From Lachnospiraceae bacterium (GTDB lineage Bacteria; Bacillota; Clostridia; Lachnospirales; Lachnospiraceae), in contig JAGADU010000078.1 in the NCBI GenBank assembly GCA_017613435.1, positions 1,725 through 65,724 on the forward strand: 64,000 bases of DNA. The letters are read 5' to 3'. The position numbers were made by a program, and so were the translations under genes. Positions 57,376 to 64,000 of the stretch are shown here, in pieces. The notes under the pieces are model-generated. The model had not been told where the DNA came from. It ran no database searches and saw only the letters and a program-made list of their open reading frames with translations. Each line of letters starts with the position of its first letter. Positions within the stretch are counted from its first letter, which is position 1.

Positions 57376-58394
57376 AATTCGACTCCCTTTTCACCGTTTA
57401 CGCATTTGCCTACAATATAGGGTTCTTCGCCTGCGGCGATAATTGCCTGCATTGTCTTATCGGCATCTGCGGGATCTACGGCGATAACCATTCCGAGACC
57501 CATGTTAAATGTGTTATACATCATTTCCTCCGCAATCTGGCCTTCTTTTTGGATAAGACCGAAAATGGGAGGTACGGGATAGGAATCTTTTTTAACGGAT
57601 GCCTTGATTCCGTCGGGAAGCATTCTGGGAATGTTTTCGTAGAATCCGCCGCCGGTAATATGGCTGCATCCTTTAATCTTAACACCTGCGTCCTTTATGC
57701 TCTTTAAAGCTTTGACATAAATCTTGGTGGGTGTGATAAGCGTTTCGCCGAGTGTATTTCCGAGTTCGTCTCTGTAACGGTTCAAATTGTCTTCGGTCAT
57801 TCTGAATACTTTTCTTACAAGCGAGAAACCGTTTGAATGAACACCGCTTGATGCCATACCGATAAGAACATCTCCGTCTTTGATATCCTGACCGGTAATC
57901 AGGTCTTTTCTGTCAACAACGCCTACGGCAAATCCCGCAAGATCGTATTCGTCCTCGGGCATAAGTCCGGGATGCTCTGCCGTTTCTCCTCCGACAAGCG
58001 CGCAGCCCGACTGCTTGCATCCTTCCGCAACGCCTTTTACGATGGTTGCTATTTTTTCGGGAATGTTCTTTCCGCAAGCTATATAATCAAGGAAAAAGAG
58101 GGGTTCGCCGCCGGCACACGCAACGTCGTTTACACACATTGCAACCGCATCGATTCCGATGGTGTCATGCTTGTTCAAAAGAAATGCGAGTTTGACTTTC
58201 GTTCCGCATCCGTCCGTGCCGGACAAAAGAACGGGATCGTCCATTTCTTTAAACTTGTTCATCGAGAATGCGCCGGAAAATCCGCCGATTCCGCCGAGAA
58301 CTTCGCTTCGAAACGTCTCTTTTACATAACCTTTCATCAGTTCGACTGATTTGTAACCAGCCTCAATGTCTACTCCGGATGATTTGTAATCCAT
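57369..58394 (-). CDS. purM: AIR synthase
   Basis: [35 protein letters not shown]. Confidence 0.96.
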   Translation of the reverse strand: MDYKSSGVDIEAGYKSVELMKGYVKETFRSEVLGGIGGFSGAFSMNKFKEMDDPVLLSGTDGCGTKVKLAFLLNKHDTIGIDAVAMCVNDVACAGGEPLFFLDYIACGKNIPEKIATIVKGVAEGCKQSGCALVGGETAEHPGLMPEDEYDLAGFAVGVVDRKDLITGQDIKDGDVLIGMASSGVHSNGFSLVRKVFRMTEDNLNRYRDELGNTLGETLITPTKIYVKALKSIKDAGVKIKGCSHITGGGFYENIPRMLPDGIKASVKKDSYPVPPIFGLIQKEGQIAEEMMYNTFNMGLGMVIAVDPADADKTMQAIIAAGEEPYIVGKCVNGEKGVELC

Positions 58395-58433
58395 TTTTTT
58401 CTCCTTTATATGTTTTTTGTTTAAAACAATTAA

Positions 58434-58934
58434 TTAATAATTTTTGTATCCGACTTCCTGAAGTCTTGCATCCTTTTCCTGAACGCTATTCTTAAGTGAT
58501 TCCGAATAATCTTTGAGTTTATTCAAAAGTTCCTCGTCGGATGTTGCCAGAATTTTTGCCGCAAGTATGCCTGCATTCGCACCGCCGTTGATGGCAACGG
58601 TTGCCACGGGAATTCCCGAAGGCATCTGTACGATCGAATAAAGCGAATCCCTGCCGCCCAGGCTCGTTGTATGCATGGGAATACCGATAACCGGCATCGG
58701 GAAAATAGCCGCGCACATACCGGGAAGGTGAGCCGCCATTCCGGCACCTGCGATAATTACCTTAAATCCTTTCGATTCAGCCGTCTTGGCATATTCGAAA
58801 AACACATCGGGTTCTCTGTGAGCGGATATGATTGTCATTTCGTAGGAAATACCGAATTTGTCAAGCATTTCGGCTGCTTTGCTCATTACGGGCATATCCG
58901 AATCCGAACCCATTACAATACCGACTTTAGCCAT
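58434..58934 (-). CDS. purE: N5-CAIR mutase
   Basis: MGSDSD, SAHR, AAHLPG, VQMPSGIPVATV. Confidence 0.96.
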   Translation of the reverse strand: MAKVGIVMGSDSDMPVMSKAAEMLDKFGISYEMTIISAHREPDVFFEYAKTAESKGFKVIIAGAGMAAHLPGMCAAIFPMPVIGIPMHTTSLGGRDSLYSIVQMPSGIPVATVAINGGANAGILAAKILATSDEELLNKLKDYSESLKNSVQEKDARLQEVGYKNY

Positions 58935-58960
58935 TTTTTTCTCCTTAAATCTTTTATCTT

Positions 58961-60637
58961 TTACCAGTTTGAATAATGTTCAAACAAATCAAACGTGGTT
59001 TTTCCGTTAATGATTATTTCGTGATCGTCTCTTATAGTAATGTCAAAAGAGTAATAATTTCCGTTTTCGTCAATCAATACGATGAAGGATTCATGATCCG
59101 TGGAATAAGGCGTTACAACCGTTCCTTTTTTAAGGGTTGTTTCGCCCTCCAGGGGTTTGCCGTCCTTATCGGAAGTCTTGCATTTCAAATCTTCGCTTGC
59201 CGTATAATAATCGTCGTCTTCCCAGTTGTTGTATATGTAATAGAAATATACGTCCGATATCTCAAGCTGTCCGTCTTCGCCTATAACGGAATCCGCTTTC
59301 GAAAAAGCAAAGTTGAAGCAGAAAGAACCGTTTGATTCGTAATCGACTCCGGTAAGTTCGTTGGTGTTGAAACTTATGCCTCCGGAGAATTTTTCTTTTT
59401 CGACAAACTCACCGTCCTCATATTCAAAGAACTGAAGCATTTCAACGCCGTCGAAATAATAATTCTGAACATAGATATAATCTTTGCCGTTACGTCTTAT
59501 TATATAAACCACGGGGTCCATCATCGAGCCCGCAAGACGTTCTTCCTGGTAAAAATCATCTCCCCAGATGTGCAATATTTCATATGTTTCGGAATAATAT
59601 CCGCTTTCTTCGTTATAGCTTTTATCCCAGCTGAAGCAAATATTTTTTTCTTCGCCGTCAATCAATATGGGGTAATACGCGTTTGCGTTTGCCCTTAAAA
59701 CATATTCGGTGTCGGCATCGGTAAAATATTCCGGATTGAGATATTCGGGATATTCGTCGTAATTTACGTATACCACCTGATGTCCGCAGGCATAGGGAGC
59801 CACAAAATAATCTCCGAAATAAAACGCCACGCCCTGATAATTGATCGTCCATCCGATGCTGTTTGTATCAAAAAGATCGTCAATGGTATCTTTCAGCGCT
59901 TCCTTTGTTTCGGCAAAGAAAATATCTTGATCGTAATTTTCATAAAGTTCGTCGGCAAGAATTTCGCTTAATCCTTCGGTTTTCAGAAATACGTCTTCGA
60001 ATGCGATGTCTTCGCCGGTCTGAGAATTGATATTGTATCCGCCGAGATAATTTCCGCCGTGAGCTCCTCCGTAATAGGTTTCGGCATTGCACATTACGGA
60101 AAATACTTTTTGATCGGCTCTTATTACGCCCTTGTGGTCGGTTTCGTAAAAGACCGGACCCCAGTTTATATCCGAATCCTTAAATGTTTCTTCCCAGTCG
60201 TTAATAAAACCTTCAAATGTTTTTTCGAGATTCGTTCTGTTATCTTCGTTTATCTTCTGAAGTCTTTCGGAAAGTTCCTTGTATTCGTATCCGTTTCCCT
60301 CATACGAAGAAACATGTATGTCGGAATATTCCGTTCTGGCTTTTTCGAAATACTGCCCTTCGGAATTCGTAAAATAATCGTTTTCAACTATCGAATCGTA
60401 CACGCTCCATGCGGGATAGGAAGTATATTTCATATCCGCATAGGGACTTTTTTTGTCGTCCTCGGTTACGTTTTGAGAGTTAACGTCATTGTTTGCGTCG
60501 GTTTCAATCTTCTGCACGATATTCGCAACACTGTTGTTTGTATCCTTGTCCGCCGTTTTGATATAGGCATCGGGGGTACATGCGCTCAATGACGCAACCA
60601 AAGCCGTCGAAATCAATAATGCCTTGAATTTTTTCAT
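58961..60637 (-). CDS. Lipoprotein with PdaC/RsiV (DUF4163/DUF3298)-like domain
   Basis: GGAGGAG RBS, lipobox LSAC, YYGGAHG..GYNINSQTG, VAPYACG. Confidence 0.72.
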   Translation of the reverse strand: MKKFKALLISTALVASLSACTPDAYIKTADKDTNNSVANIVQKIETDANNDVNSQNVTEDDKKSPYADMKYTSYPAWSVYDSIVENDYFTNSEGQYFEKARTEYSDIHVSSYEGNGYEYKELSERLQKINEDNRTNLEKTFEGFINDWEETFKDSDINWGPVFYETDHKGVIRADQKVFSVMCNAETYYGGAHGGNYLGGYNINSQTGEDIAFEDVFLKTEGLSEILADELYENYDQDIFFAETKEALKDTIDDLFDTNSIGWTINYQGVAFYFGDYFVAPYACGHQVVYVNYDEYPEYLNPEYFTDADTEYVLRANANAYYPILIDGEEKNICFSWDKSYNEESGYYSETYEILHIWGDDFYQEERLAGSMMDPVVYIIRRNGKDYIYVQNYYFDGVEMLQFFEYEDGEFVEKEKFSGGISFNTNELTGVDYESNGSFCFNFAFSKADSVIGEDGQLEISDVYFYYIYNNWEDDDYYTASEDLKCKTSDKDGKPLEGETTLKKGTVVTPYSTDHESFIVLIDENGNYYSFDITIRDDHEIIINGKTTFDLFEHYSNW

Positions 60638-60762
60638 TTTCTCCTCCATGGTCTGCGGCCGTTCTTCCGCCAATTCTCAAAAAACCACAGACATAGTTAT
60701 TTTACTACAAACAATCGTGTATCACAAGATAAAATCATATTCCTCGCTTCGTTATAATTACC

Positions 60763-60793
60763 AAAAAAGAAGAGAAGTTTGGAGCTTCTCTTC
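60763..60793 (-). terminator. Terminator after htpG
   Basis: AGAAGAGAAG/CTTCTCTTCT hairpin with T run on minus strand. Confidence 0.6.
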
Positions 60794-60802
60794 TACATTT
60801 TT

Positions 60803-62851
60803 TTATTTGGCCAGTATCATCATTATCTTGTTCGATCTGTTTACGAATTTGGTCATCTCTTCGGGTGAAAGAGGTCCGTGCTGTATAAGCGCAAGATCGT
60901 AGAGCTGCTCGCAGATAATATTAACGTTTTCGCCGTCCTTTTCGTCGATTAAGTACTGTACGAGCTTGTTGTTGGCGTTAAGAACGAGTGTCAAACCTTC
61001 TTTGCTGAATTCGTCTATGCCCATTCCGCTTGCGTACATACGCATCATTTCCTGCATCTTTCTCGTTTCGCCGGACATTGTCATCATTGCCGAAATGTCT
61101 TTGTTTTTAAGCTTCTCGAGTTTGATTTTGATATCGTCTTTCTTGACTATTTTTTTGAAGAGTTTTCCGAGTTCCTCTTCGTTTGCCTTAAGTTCTTCTT
61201 CTGCCTTTGCGGAAGTCTTGCTCTTTAAGGCATCGGATAAATCTTCGTCGATTCTCTTGAAGATTACGCCCTCGTTCTTCATTTCAAGCTGATTTACAAA
61301 AGGCATATCGATATTGTCCGTAAGCATAACGGCATCCATCTTTGCCTTTTTGAACATTGCCACATACTGGCTTTGCTCAATGGGATCCGTAACGAAGTAA
61401 ATAATCTTTTCCTTCTTTTCGCCCTCTTTATCTCCTTCGGGTGTTTCGTCTGTATTTTCTCCTTCGGATACAACTTCCGCTTCCACGGGATTTCCGTCTT
61501 CGTCAACCGCCTCGGATACATCGATGGGCTTTGTTTCAAGGCACTCGGGAAGCGTCATGTAATTGCCGTCCAAATTCTTAAAGAGAATGTAATCGTTCAT
61601 CTTTTCGCAGAATTTGTCATCCTTTAAGCAGCCGTATTTGATGAAGGGTGAAATGTCTCCCCAGTATTTCTCGTAATTTTCCTTATCCGTTTTGCACATT
61701 CCGGATAATTTGTCTGCCACTTTCTTTGTGATGTATTCACTGATTTTGTTGACAAATCCGTCGTTTTGAAGTGCTGAACGGGAAACGTTCAAAGGAAGGT
61801 CCGGACAGTCGAGAACACCCTTTAAAAGAAGCAGGAATTCCGGAATAACCTCTTTGATGTTATCCGCAATGAACACCTGATTGTTATAAAGTTTAATGGT
61901 TCCCTCTATCGCATCGTATTCCATGTTAATCTTGGGGAAGTACAAAATTCCCTTGAGATTGAAAGGATAATCCATATTAAGATGAATCCAGAACAGGGGC
62001 TCTTTGTAATCGTTGAAAACCTTGCGGTAGAATGCAAGATAATCGTCCTTTTCGCACTCTGCGGGATTCTTCATCCACAAAGGATGAGTATCGTTCAAAA
62101 GTTCGGGACGCTTTTTGATTTTGATCTTTGCTTCGTCCTCTCCCTCTTTCTTTTCCAATTCTTCCACAACAATGTCGTCTTCAAGTTTTTCGCTCGCCTT
62201 GATTGTCTGTGTTTCCTTTGTGTCTTCCTTGCTTAAATAGATTTCGGTGGGCATGAAGGAGCAGTATTTTTTGATGATTTCCCTTGCTCTGTATTCGTTG
62301 CAAAATTCGACGCAGTCTTCAGTAAGATGCAAAGTAATTACCGTACCGATATCCTTTTTGTCTGAATCTTCCATTGTGAATTCGGTTCCGCCGTCGCATT
62401 CCCAGTGTACTGGTTTGGCTCCGTCTTTGTAGGAAAGCGTATCGATGGTAACCTTTCCTGCAACCATAAATGCGGAATAAAATCCCAGACCGAAATGTCC
62501 GATAATCTGGTCGTCGTTGGCCTTGTCCTTATATTTTTCGATAAAGTCCGTAGCTCCCGAGAAAGCAATCTGGTTGATGTATTCTTCGACTTCCTCGGCA
62601 GTCATTCCGAGACCGTTGTCCGTAAAAGTAATTGTTTTCTTTTCGGGATTGACGCATACATCTATTCTTTCCTTAAAACCGTCGGGAAGAGTATATTCTC
62701 CCATCATGTCGAGTTTCTTTAATTTGGTGATTGCGTCACAACCGTTTGAAATAAGCTCACGCATAAAAATATCGTGATCGGAATAAAGCCATTTTTTGAT
62801 AATCGGAAATATGTTTTCCGAATTGATTGATAACGAACCCTTTTTTGCCAT
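60803..62851 (-). CDS. htpG: Chaperone HtpG (Hsp90)
   Basis: FMRELISNGCDA, DNGLGM, IGHFGLGFYSAF, LPLNVSRS; GAGG RBS before MAKKG. Confidence 0.96.
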   Translation of the reverse strand: MAKKGSLSINSENIFPIIKKWLYSDHDIFMRELISNGCDAITKLKKLDMMGEYTLPDGFKERIDVCVNPEKKTITFTDNGLGMTAEEVEEYINQIAFSGATDFIEKYKDKANDDQIIGHFGLGFYSAFMVAGKVTIDTLSYKDGAKPVHWECDGGTEFTMEDSDKKDIGTVITLHLTEDCVEFCNEYRAREIIKKYCSFMPTEIYLSKEDTKETQTIKASEKLEDDIVVEELEKKEGEDEAKIKIKKRPELLNDTHPLWMKNPAECEKDDYLAFYRKVFNDYKEPLFWIHLNMDYPFNLKGILYFPKINMEYDAIEGTIKLYNNQVFIADNIKEVIPEFLLLLKGVLDCPDLPLNVSRSALQNDGFVNKISEYITKKVADKLSGMCKTDKENYEKYWGDISPFIKYGCLKDDKFCEKMNDYILFKNLDGNYMTLPECLETKPIDVSEAVDEDGNPVEAEVVSEGENTDETPEGDKEGEKKEKIIYFVTDPIEQSQYVAMFKKAKMDAVMLTDNIDMPFVNQLEMKNEGVIFKRIDEDLSDALKSKTSAKAEEELKANEEELGKLFKKIVKKDDIKIKLEKLKNKDISAMMTMSGETRKMQEMMRMYASGMGIDEFSKEGLTLVLNANNKLVQYLIDEKDGENVNIICEQLYDLALIQHGPLSPEEMTKFVNRSNKIMMILAK

Positions 62852-62922
62852 TTTTGTCACCTCTTTTATTGTTATCGAAGGATAAAATCCTCTATTAATA
62901 CTTGTTTTTTCGTACATGGATA

Positions 62923-62951
62923 ATTATAAAACCGCGAAAATCAAAAGTCAA
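62923..62951 (-). promoter_or_regulatory. sigma-A promoter of htpG
   Basis: TTGACT-N17-TATAAT. Confidence 0.8.
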
Positions 62952-62958
62952 CAAAAAA

Positions 62959-62985
62959 TTAGCACTCAATTTATCTGAGTGCTAA
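62959..62985. promoter_or_regulatory. CIRCE element (HrcA operator)
   Basis: Exact TTAGCACTC-N9-GAGTGCTAA upstream of htpG. Confidence 0.93.
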
Positions 62986-62988
62986 TAA

Positions 62989-63999
62989 TCATTTTCCTTC
63001 TATCATTATGTCCGTATAAATGTCGAAAAAAGAATCCGTGGTAACCTCCGAATCGTGAATAATTGCAATACTGTTCCATTCTTTTTCGTTAAGATTTGCG
63101 ATGATATTCGGCAGATATTCGTTGTATTTTTCTTCAAAGGCCTTTCTCTTGGCCTCGTTTATAATCGCTTCCTTATTTTCGTTTGTGGCTTTTCTCTCGT
63201 AGGTGCTGATGCATTTAAGTATGTAATAACCGTCTTCGGTGGTTATAATATCGCTTATTTCACCCTCTTCGAGTTCGAAAGCCTTTTCTTCGAAAGACTC
63301 GGGCATTTCGCCCCTTCTGTACGCATGTGTGCTCTCGTCGTCTTCGTTGTAAAGAGCACAGAGGCTTTCAAAATCGGCTCCGGTTACGGCTTTTTCCCTT
63401 ATTTCCAAAGCCCGCTCCCTTGCTTCTTTTTTTGCGGAAGGCGAATAATCGGTAAGTCTTCCGTGCGAATCCTCATGATAGGTCTTTATGAATATTTCCT
63501 GTACAATAATGCTTCTTGCATCGTCGTCGCTTATTTCAAAATCAACTTCGTCTACGATTGAATTGTATACTTTTTCGGCCAATGCGTATTCAAGATACAT
63601 CTGATAAATCAGATCCTCGTCGGCCCCAAGCTCCGTCTTTTCTTTTTTGGACAAAGTCTTCATGTAGGCTTTGGCGGCCTTTTTGACCGATTTCTTTTCG
63701 TCTGATGAAAGCGAAACCTTTTCGCTCTTTGCCATGAGATTCAAAACCTTGATTCTCGTAACTTTGGCCAAAACGGTTTCCTTGAACGCATCTTCGATTG
63801 TTGTGTTTCCTGCATTCGTTTCCCAGATTTCCTTGCCGAAAGTCGATTCGTATGCATTTGCCATATTGGTAAGATACACATTCATCTCCGCTCTGCTGCA
63901 GCTTGCGGTATTGATTCTGAAAACTTCGCCCTCGGAAAATCCGTCCGTAACGACCACGGTTTTCGCGCACGAGGACAAAAAAACAATCGAAACAACCAA
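62989..63999 (-). CDS. PrsA-like parvulin peptidyl-prolyl isomerase lipoprotein (5' end outside window)
   Basis: LSSC lipobox, GADFESLC, GEMPESFEEKAFELEEGEISDIITTEDGYYILK. Confidence 0.85.
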   Translation of the reverse strand: MVVSIVFLSSCAKTVVVTDGFSEGEVFRINTASCSRAEMNVYLTNMANAYESTFGKEIWETNAGNTTIEDAFKETVLAKVTRIKVLNLMAKSEKVSLSSDEKKSVKKAAKAYMKTLSKKEKTELGADEDLIYQMYLEYALAEKVYNSIVDEVDFEISDDDARSIIVQEIFIKTYHEDSHGRLTDYSPSAKKEARERALEIREKAVTGADFESLCALYNEDDESTHAYRRGEMPESFEEKAFELEEGEISDIITTEDGYYILKCISTYERKATNENKEAIINEAKRKAFEEKYNEYLPNIIANLNEKEWNSIAIIHDSEVTTDSFFDIYTDIMIEGK

Positions 64000-64000
64000 C

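Noticed and set aside
55508-58934. Incomplete pur operon (no purK/C/F/H, no purine riboswitch)
   Set aside because: Split pur clusters are common in Clostridia; cannot be judged from one window.

Overview
Chromosomal window from an anaerobic, low-GC Bacillota (gene content and order resemble Clostridia, probably Lachnospiraceae; this is inference). No mobile element, CRISPR array, rRNA or tRNA is visible. The most striking feature is an ~11.5 kb single-strand operon (6674-18253): a TM1266-family regulator, a leader with mutually exclusive terminator/antiterminator pairings, two paralogous nitrogenase-like modules (each NifH-like Fe protein + two component-1-like subunits lacking the FeMo-co Cys ligand), then hypF-hypC-hypD-hypE. 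No [NiFe]-hydrogenase, hypA/hypB or nifB/E/N is in the window. This suggests an undescribed system coupling Fe(CN)2CO synthesis to nitrogenase-like reductases. Also present: a DRTGG/kinase/divergent [FeFe]-hydrogenase/PHP sensory module, a CBM2-like-TM-HD-GYP sensor, a short AspRS, a GNAT-RsgA fusion behind a leader-peptide attenuator, a GNAT array downstream of rlmD, a TIR-TM-Sel1 receptor-like protein, pseG, pcrA, iorAB-paaK-ACT, RNase P RNA, radA, clpC, purEMND, htpG with a perfect CIRCE, and a 5'-truncated PrsA-like PPIase.
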